In this document: positions 32,336-42,599 of the stretch, piece by piece
How positions within the stretch are numbered: the stretch's first letter is position 1
Layout of the letters: each line of letters begins with the position of its first letter
DNA from: Candidatus Bathyarchaeota archaeon
GTDB taxonomy: Archaea > Thermoproteota > Bathyarchaeia > Bathyarchaeales > Bathycorpusculaceae
Length of the DNA: 64,000 bases
Direction of reading: 5' to 3'
NCBI GenBank assembly: GCA_963767735.1
Contig: CAVYES010000007.1
Location: 321,254 to 385,253 of the forward strand
Notes under the pieces: generated by a model
Databases searched by the model: none
Seen by the model: only the letters and a program-made list of their open reading frames with translations
Told to the model about the DNA's origin: nothing
Program-made: the position numbers and the translations under genes

Positions 32336-32590
32336 GCCAAGTCACGTTAATTAAAACTTACACGCCATAAGAAACTATTAAGCCTTATTAAAACACATGC
32401 AAAAATATAAGAACACTAATCAGCGGTTAAGTTCCATTAGACTTTAATGCAGAAATCAAGACTGGATTATAACAATTACTGACAATGTACAAATTTTGTT
32501 TAAAATACGTTGATAATCTATTCTTAATTGGTTTGTTAAAATGCTTTAAAAAAAAATAAAAAAGAAAGGAATGTTGTTTTTGTTTAGTTT

Positions 32591-35500
32591 TTATGGTCGT
32601 TTTCTAAGCATCAACAATGCTAGCACGATTGCTACCACGATGATTAAAACGAATAGACCGGCGATTGCAGGAACAAAGTAAATGTTTGCGACAGAGGCAG
32701 GGGTTGGTGTAGGTGCAGCAGTAGCGGAAGGTACGTTTTGTACGGTCATGGCGGTTTCTGCGTGTGATCCCCAGTAACCGTTGGTGCCAGCGAAAGTTGC
32801 GGTGACCGTGTATTTGCCTGGAACGCTTGGAGGCGTCCATTGGAAGCTGAATAAACCGTTTATATCAGTTGTTGCCGTCCCCAAGGTTACGGTATTGCCG
32901 TTGGGATCAATTGCGGTCAACGTTACTGTAACGCCTGTGAAATTGGTTGGTTCTGCTTGCTGCTGATAAACGTAGCCCATCCAAGATTCCATGCTGACGT
33001 CAGAACAAACTGGTACACCACTTGGAAAGTCAGCTTTCACTGTTGGTAGCTGCGTGCCTGCAGAAGTGTCAAACACTGAGCCCTGTATCACTACGTTGCT
33101 ACCTGCTGTGATAGCAGTCTGTGGTGCCTGCACTGTAGTTGCGCTGGGTCCTTGCCCTAGGCTGTAAATCATGTTGTTGTAGCCGTTCATGCATGTTAAG
33201 TAGCCGTCTGCGACAATGTATTCACTGCCTGAGGAGGCCCACTCGCTTGCGTATTCTGAAAGAACCGTTCCTGTTATTTCTTGTCCCGTGGTTGCGTTAA
33301 GTGCCTCCATTGTTGCGCCCTTATACAGTGGATCTGGGATTGTGTGTTCGTCACAGCTGAGGTAAACTACTCCGTTCGCAATGGCTTGTATGAAGGTTGG
33401 ATAGTCGCCGTAGGGAGTTTGAGTGCCTGCGTAAGTGCTGTTGTCTGAGCCTGGTGGACCATTGCCCCAAGTCCACAATATTTTGCCAGTCAAATCGTTG
33501 TAGCAGTAGGTTACTCCGCCGAATCCACCGCTGTAGAGGTTGCCGTAAGCCATTACACCCGGATTATAGCCGCTCCAGTCATAGTAGTTGAAGGCTACTT
33601 CAGATGGAGTTGGACCCCATATCGGTGCGCCTGTGTTAAGGCTGAATCCGACCCATTGCACAGTTTCATAATATTGGTAGACAAAGACCCGGGTCTGGAA
33701 GTCAACAACGCATAGCTGGAGAGTTTCGTTGCCTGCTGGCGGGTTATAATTCTGCATCCAAAGTATTGAACCAATTGCACCCCTAGAAGCGTTAAGGTTG
33801 ATTGCGAACATCGTGTAGGGAAGTTGTGGATAGCCTGTGTCGGTTGACGTGAAACCGGTAGGTAGAGAGCCGTTTCTGCAAAGGATTAAATCGCCATAGT
33901 TTGCTGCAATAACTGTTACTGGGTTTGTTCCGCCTGTTGCAAGGAAGCTAGTAGCGGTTCCTTGTTCAGCTGGTGTGCTTGTTAGTCCTGTCGTGGTGCT
34001 ATAAACGGGCTGTATTGGCATGGTGTTGAGCCATGGTATCGAAACGTTCCAGTCATAAGTGGTTGTCGGATTAAAGCTAGATGCAAGGTTGCCTTCCGCT
34101 ATGCCGATGTTTCCATTGACGGTCAATACGGAACCGTAGGGAACAAAGACACTGCCTCCGGTTGTCGTGGTGCCAGTTTCCCCGGCAATTGGAACAGGAA
34201 GCGTTGGAACGAGAACGCCGTTGGTTGAATTTATAATGTCTGGTGATTGGCTTCCGGCGCCGGTGTATGGATTAATGTCGTATGACCATAGTTTGGACAT
34301 GTTCCACTGAGCTAAGTACCAGTTTGGAGCCGCGGCTGTGCCTGCGTTAGCAAAGACGTATCTGACTTGTTCACCGCTTGGACCCGTTGCAATCCCGTAT
34401 GTGAGAGCTGTGCCTACCTGACCCGTTTGTGCTGCAAATCCTGGAACGCCAGTTACGTTGAACAATGAGTCTCCTGTATATGCATCAAACAACTCCCATG
34501 TCGCTGGGATACCGGTGAGTCCACCTCCTACAGCTGCAACTAGTGCTGGTGGAAAAGCGCCGTGCTGGTCAGGATCCCAAAGGTTATAGAGGTAACCGAA
34601 TGACAATGGTGGTACAGTAGTTTTGCTCCAAAGTTGTTGCCCTGTTTGAAGGTTAACGCAGACTGTTGGTCCACTGCTTGGACCGGTGAATGATACTGGT
34701 TGCGTATAGAAGAGGTATCCGTCTATTACTATCGGATTGACGAATCTTGGCTGATATGAAGAACCCTCGAAGTACATGGCGCCCTGAGCAGTGGCAAAGT
34801 TGTTTCCTCCGACTATTCCTCCAAATTGAAGCGGCGTTTCCCACATGATGTGACTGGTTAAAGGTCCTATAGCATCAGTGTGGTACATCTGGTAATTGCC
34901 TGAACCTGTGGAATAAGTGCCGTCTGTTGGTGGTGGCATACCTGAGCCTAGCCAGTTTGACGAAATCGTGTACCAGTTAGTGTTTTCACCGTATATTGGG
35001 GTTGACCAGAAGTTTGTTGGTAGTGGTTCGCTTGTTACAGGGGAAGGAATTGGGCTTGACTGAACAACAAGTGTTGTTGATGCGCTACTTGGCAGATAAG
35101 TATCGTTTACCAATATTGAATTGGCGTAGCCGTCTCCATTCGCCCCGTAGACTTGTCCTGCATAACTGAAGGTAAGATTGTACGTGCCGACTGCGGTAGG
35201 AGTGTAGGTATAGGACTGGTCTGACGTTGGGTCTGTGCAAACTGCCCAAGTCTGCGTTGAGACGGCACCGTTAGGTGCTGTAATGGTAAGCTCGTAGTTG
35301 TGGAATCTGTAGTCGTTTGCCAGTAATGCTGCGCTAGCTGTGTAACCACTAGTGCCAGGAATGGAAGATGCTCCACCGGCCGCCCCATAAACGCAGTCAA
35401 GCCACATGTAAATGATTAGTGTCTGACCGACACCTATCGGGTTAGGTGACGCATTAATGTAGGCATAGGTTGGAATTTGCCATGCAGGTGTATGTGCACT

Positions 35501-35593
35501 AGCTCGAGGTATTAACGTCGTTGAAGCTCCTATTGAAATTGTTAAAATCGCTGCAATCAAAATAGCCATAGCTTTACCTTTTAGATTTTGCAT
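32591..35593 (-). CDS. Large secreted PQQ-like beta-propeller repeat protein (paralogue 2)
   Basis: Same architecture and termini (MQNLKGK...LLMLRKRP) as 2577-5450. Confidence 0.85.
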   Translation of the reverse strand: MQNLKGKAMAILIAAILTISIGASTTLIPRASAHTPAWQIPTYAYINASPNPIGVGQTLIIYMWLDCVYGAAGGASSIPGTSGYTASAALLANDYRFHNYELTITAPNGAVSTQTWAVCTDPTSDQSYTYTPTAVGTYNLTFSYAGQVYGANGDGYANSILVNDTYLPSSASTTLVVQSSPIPSPVTSEPLPTNFWSTPIYGENTNWYTISSNWLGSGMPPPTDGTYSTGSGNYQMYHTDAIGPLTSHIMWETPLQFGGIVGGNNFATAQGAMYFEGSSYQPRFVNPIVIDGYLFYTQPVSFTGPSSGPTVCVNLQTGQQLWSKTTVPPLSFGYLYNLWDPDQHGAFPPALVAAVGGGLTGIPATWELFDAYTGDSLFNVTGVPGFAAQTGQVGTALTYGIATGPSGEQVRYVFANAGTAAAPNWYLAQWNMSKLWSYDINPYTGAGSQSPDIINSTNGVLVPTLPVPIAGETGTTTTGGSVFVPYGSVLTVNGNIGIAEGNLASSFNPTTTYDWNVSIPWLNTMPIQPVYSTTTGLTSTPAEQGTATSFLATGGTNPVTVIAANYGDLILCRNGSLPTGFTSTDTGYPQLPYTMFAINLNASRGAIGSILWMQNYNPPAGNETLQLCVVDFQTRVFVYQYYETVQWVGFSLNTGAPIWGPTPSEVAFNYYDWSGYNPGVMAYGNLYSGGFGGVTYCYNDLTGKILWTWGNGPPGSDNSTYAGTQTPYGDYPTFIQAIANGVVYLSCDEHTIPDPLYKGATMEALNATTGQEITGTVLSEYASEWASSGSEYIVADGYLTCMNGYNNMIYSLGQGPSATTVQAPQTAITAGSNVVIQGSVFDTSAGTQLPTVKADFPSGVPVCSDVSMESWMGYVYQQQAEPTNFTGVTVTLTAIDPNGNTVTLGTATTDINGLFSFQWTPPSVPGKYTVTATFAGTNGYWGSHAETAMTVQNVPSATAAPTPTPASVANIYFVPAIAGLFVLIIVVAIVLALLMLRKRP

Positions 35594-35826
35594 TTTTCTT
35601 TCTCCTTTAAATTTATGCTTCCATATCAACCTAAAATGGTTTTTAAGCTTTTGCTTTAAAACATAAATAATCAAAAATATCTGCGCAGAGCTATATTTTT
35701 AGGCTGAAATATACGAAAAATATGGGAAAATTCCTTTGGTAAATTTCCAAAGGCAAGACCTTTAAAAAGATCCTGGCTGGTTATTGACTATCAACTTTAA
35801 GTACTGCAAAGGCAAGAGTTGAAGCC

Positions 35827-36804
35827 ATGAAAGCGCTCGGGGAAATAGATGAAAAGATTATTAAAGAACTTCTCAAAGATGGACGGAAAAGCTTTACCGC
35901 TATAGCTGAAGAATGCCATACATCAAAAGACATCATCGGGAAACATTTCAGCGAAATGCAAAAAGCAGGCATAATCGTTGGAGCAACCATCCAATATAAT
36001 TATAGATGCTTTGGCTACGAAGGCGTCGCATCCATACTGGTCAACGTCGAATCTCAACACTTAAACGAGGTTTTTGAGCAGCTAACAAAAATCCCAAACA
36101 TATCGGTTCGTCGCCAATACAACTCGACATACAATATTGCCGTAGTTACAAAGCTAAAAGACTTAAAAGGCTTAGATTTCGTTAAAGAAACACTAAAAAG
36201 ACAAAACCCAGTAACCTCAAGCAAAACTTACCTATGGACTGAGGTAAGAAACACACCAGAAAACCTTTCACTAGGTTTTGTCCAAAATAACTCTCAGGTT
36301 GATGAAAAAAAGGCTCAAGAAGAAAAATGTACTAAAAATGACTGCGTAAAACTTGATGAAACCGACATACAAATAGTCGAAGAATTAACTAAAGACGGTC
36401 GGGCACCCTTTAGTAGAATCGGTCAATCGATAGGAGCCTCAACGGATACAGTGACTAGAAGATACGCGAGGCTTGTAAAGAACGGTTTTATAAAAGTCTC
36501 AATCCAAGTTAATCCAGCATTATTAGGCTATACAGCTTTCCTCAATTTTTTTATAGAATTTTTGTCACAAAATGAAATGAAAATGGCTATAGAAAATCTT
36601 TCAAAAATCCCAAACGTAAGTTACATTGTAAAAATAAGCGGAGACTACGACCTACAAGTTTTAGTCTTAGTTAAAGAAGTTGAAGATATATATGCAATAA
36701 ATGATGAAATCATGAAGATACCTAACATAGGAAAAATCGAAGCGGACATAAGAAAAGTTCTGCCAAAATGGCCAGGTCCGCGTCAATACATATCAACATT
36801 TTAA
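35827..36804 (+). CDS. Lrp/AsnC-family regulator with two HTH-RAM modules
   Basis: IDEKIIKELLKDGRKSF and LDETDIQIVEELTKDGRAPF HTHs; ISGDYDL. Confidence 0.88.
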   Translation: MKALGEIDEKIIKELLKDGRKSFTAIAEECHTSKDIIGKHFSEMQKAGIIVGATIQYNYRCFGYEGVASILVNVESQHLNEVFEQLTKIPNISVRRQYNSTYNIAVVTKLKDLKGLDFVKETLKRQNPVTSSKTYLWTEVRNTPENLSLGFVQNNSQVDEKKAQEEKCTKNDCVKLDETDIQIVEELTKDGRAPFSRIGQSIGASTDTVTRRYARLVKNGFIKVSIQVNPALLGYTAFLNFFIEFLSQNEMKMAIENLSKIPNVSYIVKISGDYDLQVLVLVKEVEDIYAINDEIMKIPNIGKIEADIRKVLPKWPGPRQYISTF

Positions 36805-37073
36805 ATTAAGAAAAACGAACTCGTCACTAAACGATATTTCCTAAAATTTTCTGTCCCTTATCGTTTGACAAACATACTCACTGGAACACCTTAAGAGTTG
36901 GTGTTTTTTGGAAATTGCCAATGAAATTTTCCTCATTTTTCTTTACTTTTTTCGTCTAAGAATAGTTACTGTTACGAATATATTGGGTTTGGCAGCAAAA
37001 TTTCACGTTTGTCGACTAAACCTAATAGGGTCTACTTTCAGCAATAGAAAAATCAATTCAAAAAGAGTTGGGT

Positions 37074-37940
37074 TTATGCTGCTTTAGGCGTGGCTTTCTC
37101 GACAGCACCGCTTAAACTTGTCATTTCCGCATTTGCTTTTCTTATCAGGTCGCCGATTGTTTCTTCGGTTGGTATTGCAGCTCCGACGGCTAATGCAACC
37201 GCTTTTTGGTGTGCCATCTGCAGTAGTGGCTTAATTGTTTCTTTGGATGGGTAAGAGATGCCCATTGCCAATGCGAAGGCTTGTTGGTTGCTTTGCTCTA
37301 TGCTTTTTCTTGTTGCGTTAACGTCAACTCTCAGTTGGTCACCAGTGATCATTAAGCCATCGTCGAAAACTGCACGCATTGATATTCCAAGTTCAACTGC
37401 TTTAATGCCTAGTTTTGAGAGGACGCCGGCGAGGCGCTCGTTGATTTCTTCTCCCCTGCGAACTACCAGAGTATCTTTGCTGACCCAAACGCTGCCAGAC
37501 TCAATTCTTGTAGGTAACCCAGCTGCGTTTAATTGGCTGATAAATGGACCTGGAGGCTGACCCGTGTTTCCGGCGGGAACAACCACATCGTTGGCGGCAA
37601 TGTCACCTGATTTGGCGGTTGTTCTTACTTTGCCCCTTTCCAGCAGCAATGCCAGTTTGAATGGGTTTAGGTCTGTGAACAAGTAAACGTTTGATCCGTC
37701 CAAGTATTTCTCAAGCTTCTTTAAATCTTCTTGATTCATCTCTTCAATTGCTAGTTTCATTAGCGTGTTTTTTAAAACTCTAAGGTGAACTTTGCCAGCC
37801 ATACTTTTCTTGATTTCTTGAAGCTGCGAAGCGCGAACCTTCTGCAGGCTAGCGATACCGATGGATTTGTATTCTTTCAGTATGTCTTTTATTGAGTCTA
37901 CCTGGCTTGATTTTTCCTCTAATACTTGTTGGGACGGCAT
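37074..37940 (-). CDS. rpl10: 50S ribosomal protein uL10 (P0)
   Basis: KNTLM, FTDLNPFKL, PAGNTGQPPGP, KLGIK; lies in the L11-L1-L10 cluster. Confidence 0.95.
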   Translation of the reverse strand: MPSQQVLEEKSSQVDSIKDILKEYKSIGIASLQKVRASQLQEIKKSMAGKVHLRVLKNTLMKLAIEEMNQEDLKKLEKYLDGSNVYLFTDLNPFKLALLLERGKVRTTAKSGDIAANDVVVPAGNTGQPPGPFISQLNAAGLPTRIESGSVWVSKDTLVVRRGEEINERLAGVLSKLGIKAVELGISMRAVFDDGLMITGDQLRVDVNATRKSIEQSNQQAFALAMGISYPSKETIKPLLQMAHQKAVALAVGAAIPTEETIGDLIRKANAEMTSLSGAVEKATPKAA

Positions 37941-37956
37941 GATTTTTCTTCTCTAT

Positions 37957-38607
37957 TTAAGGTTTAATTTTTATTGGCTCGCCCATAGATGTCTTGATAA
38001 AAGCGTACTTTACGTTTTTCAAGCCACGCTTAAGCTTTCCATCTAAAACACGAAGAACCGCCATAATGTTATCAACGAGTTCTTCATCTTTCATCTGTTG
38101 AGAGCCAACTGAAACTTGAATAATCGGTTGGTTACGCATTCTCACAACCACTGTTTTGCGGTGCTTATTTATTAGGGCTGCAATGTCAGCGTTTGACGGA
38201 ACAGGAATAGGCATTTTTCCCCTCGGACCCAAAACTGGACCAAGAATTCTACCTACCAAGGGCATTAATGGAGCTTCTGAAATGAAAACGTCATATTGGC
38301 TGGCGAGCTTGCGGAGGTCTTTCTTTTTGCCGGCTAACCCGTCTAAATCGGCACGTTCTATAACGTGATCGGCCTGTGCGTTTTTTGCTTTAAGTGCAAA
38401 TTCTCCAGAAGCAACAACGCAAATCTTGTTCGGCTTTCCAGTTACGTGAGGTAGCTCAACGACCTCTTGGATTTTGCCTTCTGGCGCCTTCATATCGATC
38501 TCCATGATATCTAAGATCATGTCTACTGTCTGGTTGAATTTTTTTTCGCCAGACTTCGCCTTTGCCTGTTTAACTGCTTCTGAAATTGTCTTGTTGTCTA
38601 GGGGCAT
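37957..38607 (-). CDS. rpl1: 50S ribosomal protein uL1
   Basis: KKFNQTVD, LGPVLGPRGKMP, KTSMG. Confidence 0.97.
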   Translation of the reverse strand: MPLDNKTISEAVKQAKAKSGEKKFNQTVDMILDIMEIDMKAPEGKIQEVVELPHVTGKPNKICVVASGEFALKAKNAQADHVIERADLDGLAGKKKDLRKLASQYDVFISEAPLMPLVGRILGPVLGPRGKMPIPVPSNADIAALINKHRKTVVVRMRNQPIIQVSVGSQQMKDEELVDNIMAVLRVLDGKLKRGLKNVKYAFIKTSMGEPIKIKP

Positions 38608-38665
38608 TTTTAAGCCTCGTGCCAATGAGGGATTGGAAACCACTTATAAAAATATTCGCTTATCA

Positions 38666-39154
38666 TTATTCGCTACCAAATAGCTGTTCGTAGATGCCAG
38701 CATCAATATCTTTTTGGACTTCACGGGGATCTTTGCCTTCAACGGTGACACCTAAACTGACGCAGGTTCCAAGCATCTCCTTCGTTGCCTTCTTTAGAGT
38801 AGGGGCCAAAAGCTCAGAACGCTTAATTTTCGCTATTCGAACCGTCTGCTCCATAGACAAATTGCCTACTTTTACAGTGTTGGGGGTTCCTGAACCCTTC
38901 TCTATTTTCAATTCAGCAACAATCAATGCTGAAGCGGTCGGAGTGCCAACTGAAACTTCGAAAGTTTTGTCTTCAGTGTCAACGCTGATTTTCACTGGAA
39001 CCTTCATTCCAGCATAGTCTTTGGTAACCTCGTTAATTTTGTTGACGACAGCCATGACGTTGATGGCTAATGGACCAAGAGCAGGACCTAATGGTGGACC
39101 TGCATTGGCTTGTCCTCCGTTTACGAGCAGTTCTACAACTTTTTTTTCTCCCAT
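38666..39154 (-). CDS. rpl11: 50S ribosomal protein uL11
   Basis: [22 protein letters not shown]. Confidence 0.97.
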   Translation of the reverse strand: MGEKKVVELLVNGGQANAGPPLGPALGPLAINVMAVVNKINEVTKDYAGMKVPVKISVDTEDKTFEVSVGTPTASALIVAELKIEKGSGTPNTVKVGNLSMEQTVRIAKIKRSELLAPTLKKATKEMLGTCVSLGVTVEGKDPREVQKDIDAGIYEQLFGSE

Positions 39155-39172
39155 GTTTCTTCGCCTTTTTAT

Positions 39173-39643
39173 TTATTTTGCTTTTTCCACTAGTTTTACA
39201 TAGTCTGAGTGTACGGTGATTGGCAGGGTGAATGTTGCCTCAAGTAGTTCGAGGGTAACTTCGCCTTTTGCCTTGTCGAGTCTTGTGATTTTGGCTCGCA
39301 TACCTTTGAATGGTCCACCAGTAATTTCAACGACGTCATCTTCGTTGAGATCCTCCATAACTGGTTTTCGGACAATGTACCGTTCTATCTCACTAAAGCT
39401 CACCAACCCGGGGATTCTTGAGCGTACATGTCTTAGCCCTGTGATGGCTTCTTCGACCAAATGTGGGCCGTCAGCTTCAACAAACACGTAACCTTTCAAC
39501 GTGTCTGGGACCAGAAGAGCTTTTATTGGAATGTGATTCATCTCCACTTTTGAAGCGATCAATCTGGCAACGTTTCGTTCTTGTCCGGTGGTGGTTTTAA
39601 CGACGAAGATTTTTGCTTGCGTTTGCTCTTCTTTCTTGTCCAT
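39173..39643 (-). CDS. spt5: Transcription elongation factor Spt5
   Basis: VKTTTGQE, KGYVFVEA, KOW motif VEITGGPFKG. Confidence 0.97.
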   Translation of the reverse strand: MDKKEEQTQAKIFVVKTTTGQERNVARLIASKVEMNHIPIKALLVPDTLKGYVFVEADGPHLVEEAITGLRHVRSRIPGLVSFSEIERYIVRKPVMEDLNEDDVVEITGGPFKGMRAKITRLDKAKGEVTLELLEATFTLPITVHSDYVKLVEKAK

Positions 39644-39659
39644 AAATTCAGGTTTCCTT

Positions 39660-39857
39660 TTAAGATGATGATCCTGCTGCTGATGCGCCGCCTATTGCAT
39701 ACGCTAATAGTTTAATCACGAAACCGATTAAACCGATTGCGCCTATGCCTAAGAGGCTGATTTTTATTGATAGCCACAGCTCTTCTCTGCCTGGTTTTAC
39801 AGCTAACTTCAACGTTCTTCCTGCCTGCGTTAACCAAGATTTTATTCCCATATTCAT
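39660..39857 (-). CDS. secE: Protein translocase SecE/Sec61 gamma
   Basis: LKLAVKPGREE plus TM helix, upstream of spt5. Confidence 0.9.
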   Translation of the reverse strand: MNMGIKSWLTQAGRTLKLAVKPGREELWLSIKISLLGIGAIGLIGFVIKLLAYAIGGASAAGSSS

Positions 39858-39968
39858 CGCACACTCAAGATTTCATTTATGAATAATAAACGTTACTGTA
39901 ACCTAGAGTTTAAAAAATAGCTTTACCTACGCTTTTAAAGGTTCCTTACAGGGCTGACTGTTTTTTGG

Positions 39969-40802
39969 TTAAACCTTCTTAAATGGCAACCCAACATCTT
40001 GCAGAGCTGATAATAGTTTGGGCTTGTCTTCACTTTTAATTCCTTTCCAATCAAGAATCGCCAACGAAACCTTTTTTGAAGTTTTCTTTATGCACTGCGA
40101 AATCATCGCTGAATCTGCCTCTGCAACAGCGTATTTAGGTATCATGTGTCCGAAGACAGCTTCGCCAGCCAGCGCCATGCGGGTGAATTTTCGGTTATAG
40201 TGAGGTCCGCCGACGCCGAGAACCGCCTCGTTTACCTCCCCAGAGCAACCTGCGATGGCAACCATCGCCGCGTCGCCCACCGCTTTAGCAGCATCCAGGT
40301 CGTTCCACTGCGGCTCAGAACTGCCCAGCTCAACGAACATGACGGGCAAATTCAAGCTTGGGCCATGGTGGGTGCATTCGTACGAGACTTCGTAGCCGAG
40401 GCTTCGTTCCCCATTCAGGCGATCCAACGCCTTAAGCGCCGTTTGCATGGCAGCCGCAGGTGCAACAGATAACGTGCGTGGTAAGCCTCCAAGTCCCGCC
40501 TCGCCAAAGTTTCCTGTCGTGTGAACAGAAAGCGTCGGGATACCGCTTTGGCTGCTATGACGAGAAATGAAAACAACCAACTTAGCCTCCGGAAAATCAT
40601 CTCGCAGGTACTGCGAGTCAACCGCCCCCTCCTTAAGTGCCACAAAACTGATGTTGTTTCCGTTGACTTCAGCTGCGTAAACGGGGTTTCCTTGATATGT
40701 CTGGGTAGTTTTCGTGAATTGATAGTTTTGAAGTATGCTTCCAGCTATGTTTACGCCTGCAATGTCACGGGTTGAGTGGACGAGCAGAATCAACAGTTGC
40801 AC
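39969..40802 (-). CDS. dtdA: D-aminoacyl-tRNA deacylase (DTD2)
   Basis: SRHSS, LSVHTTGN, ECTHHGP, FVELGS, GGPHY, GHMIPKY. Confidence 0.93.
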   Translation of the reverse strand: MQLLILLVHSTRDIAGVNIAGSILQNYQFTKTTQTYQGNPVYAAEVNGNNISFVALKEGAVDSQYLRDDFPEAKLVVFISRHSSQSGIPTLSVHTTGNFGEAGLGGLPRTLSVAPAAAMQTALKALDRLNGERSLGYEVSYECTHHGPSLNLPVMFVELGSSEPQWNDLDAAKAVGDAAMVAIAGCSGEVNEAVLGVGGPHYNRKFTRMALAGEAVFGHMIPKYAVAEADSAMISQCIKKTSKKVSLAILDWKGIKSEDKPKLLSALQDVGLPFKKV

Positions 40803-41264
40803 TCCCGAATTATGTTTTATCGGGTTTCCTCTAAAAACGTTGTTAATTCACCATTATTGCCACCGTTATAGCCACGCTTCCGGTAACTTTGTTCCAATGG
40901 TATTTGAAAAACAAAGCAATTTATTTTATTAGTATTGACACAACTAAATTTGTGCCAAATGCAGGTCAATCTAATGGTTGTGAAAAAGATTGAAGAAAAA
41001 GTGCAATGGAACAAATAGTTCAGAGGAACACGTTGCTGAGAGGGGAGACTGGGCAGAATTTTAGAAATGGTACTCAAACCTTGAAAAAGATGACGAGCTT
41101 GCGGACAACATCGAGTAGGCCGCCGAACATATGCGTAAAGGGTTCAAGTTGCGAAGAATAAAACTGTGACAAAGATGTCAATCAAGAACTAATTTTTCTC
41201 AAATTGGTTTGCCGTAAAGCTTTTTATGGCTGGGTTGATTTCTGCGTACCTGAGGGCAACCAAA

Positions 41265-42176
41265 ATGAATCTGATCAACTTCAAAGATTTATCAAGCCAG
41301 GATCTGAAGGACCTTGTCGATTTAGGCATAGAAGTTAAGCATAACCCTGAGAAATACCGTAGTGCATTTGAGTATAAGTCGGCTGCTTTGATTTTCCAGA
41401 AGACCTCGACGCGTACAAGGGTTGCTTTTGAGGTTGCGGCTACTCAGCTTGGCGGTCACGGCTTGTTTATTGATTGGCGAACCACGAACTTCACGTTGGC
41501 GGACGTATCGGATGAGGTTCGTTATCTGTCGCGTAATGTTGACTGCATCATGGCTAGGTTGCTGTATAACGCGGATTTAATGAAGATGGCTAATGCATCC
41601 CGTGTTTCAGTAATTAACGGCTGCGACGAGAAGTATCATCCAAGCCAAGCCTTAGCAGATTTAATCACCATTAAAGAGAAAAAGGGCGCACTTGAGGGCG
41701 CTAAGCTGGTTTACATCGGCGTCCACAACAACGTCTGCAATTCGCTCATAGAAGGCTGCACCAAAACAGGAGTGAAACTAACCACGGTTGCCCCGATTTT
41801 TAATGAGGCAGCACGCGATGAGGAGTTGTTGGCTGATGCGAAGAAGGCTGGGCTGTGGGAGTCAACTTTAGATGCAAAGAAGGCGGTTAAAGACGCTGAT
41901 TTTGTTTATACCGACACTTGGATTGACATGGAGTTCTTCACTGACCCAAAGTTTGCGGCAGAAAAGGAGAAGCGGATTAAACTTATGATGCCATACCAAA
42001 TCAACGCTGAACTGCTCAGGGGCAGCAACGCCTATATCATGCATGACATGCCCATTCACCGCGGGTACGAAATAAGCGCAGAAGCCATTGAGAGCCCCAA
42101 AGCAGTGATTTATGAGCAGGCAGAAAACCGCTTATACGCTGCTAAAGCAATTTTGCTAAAGCTGATGGGCGCTTAA
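41265..42176 (+). CDS. argF: Ornithine carbamoyltransferase
   Basis: FQKTSTRTR, HPSQ, YTDTW.DM, HDMP, EQAENR. Confidence 0.9.
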   Translation: MNLINFKDLSSQDLKDLVDLGIEVKHNPEKYRSAFEYKSAALIFQKTSTRTRVAFEVAATQLGGHGLFIDWRTTNFTLADVSDEVRYLSRNVDCIMARLLYNADLMKMANASRVSVINGCDEKYHPSQALADLITIKEKKGALEGAKLVYIGVHNNVCNSLIEGCTKTGVKLTTVAPIFNEAARDEELLADAKKAGLWESTLDAKKAVKDADFVYTDTWIDMEFFTDPKFAAEKEKRIKLMMPYQINAELLRGSNAYIMHDMPIHRGYEISAEAIESPKAVIYEQAENRLYAAKAILLKLMGA

Positions 42177-42250
42177 ACTCTTTCAATTTTGGTCGAGAAA
42201 TTCAGTTGCTAAATTGATACCCTACCCCGCCTTCTAACATTAGATTAGAG

Positions 42251-42369
42251 GGTGTTTGTGTGTGCGCTACAGTCTACACCCGGTCTACTAGATGATTCTA
42301 TTAGGCTCGAAACATGATTCAACATACTTAAACATAGACTCAACGTCCCGCACTTTCAACATGAAACGT
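42251..42369 (+). repeat. Dispersed ~120-bp repeat family B, copy 2
   Basis: Aligns with the reverse complement of 7261-7380. Confidence 0.85.
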
Positions 42370-42498
42370 CAATTTTTACATGAAGAAACAGATGCTTTTT
42401 TACGCAAATTAACAAGCACTTTTACGGCGATGCCGCAAGACAAGCGAAAGCTTGTGCTAGCTTAATTGAAAGTTTATTTGACGCCTATTAGCAACTGG

Positions 42499-42599
42499 TC
42501 ATTCGATCCAAATTGTTTCGGGAAGCTCCTTGAAATGCTTATCACATGTTAAAAGCTTTGAATCCAGATCCAAGCATACTAATCAATCACGATCTTCAC
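42499..42599 (-). pseudogene. VapC/PIN toxin remnant with large internal deletion
   Basis: VKIVID*YAWI joined directly to SKLLTCDKHFKELPETIWIE*, i.e. the two ends of a PIN domain. Confidence 0.7.

Noticed and set aside
2577-35593. Diversity-generating retroelement behind the paralogous beta-propeller or signal peptidase genes
   Set aside because: No reverse transcriptase in the window; differences are not adenine-specific and include indels.
40246-40253. CAACCTGC match inside dtdA as an eighth family A copy
   Set aside because: Coding context, no 10-bp array and no second box 36 bp away.
40960-41170. Possible degraded antitoxin-like gene (...DDELADNIE*AAEHMRKGFKLR...)
   Set aside because: Multiple stops and shifts, no diagnostic motif.
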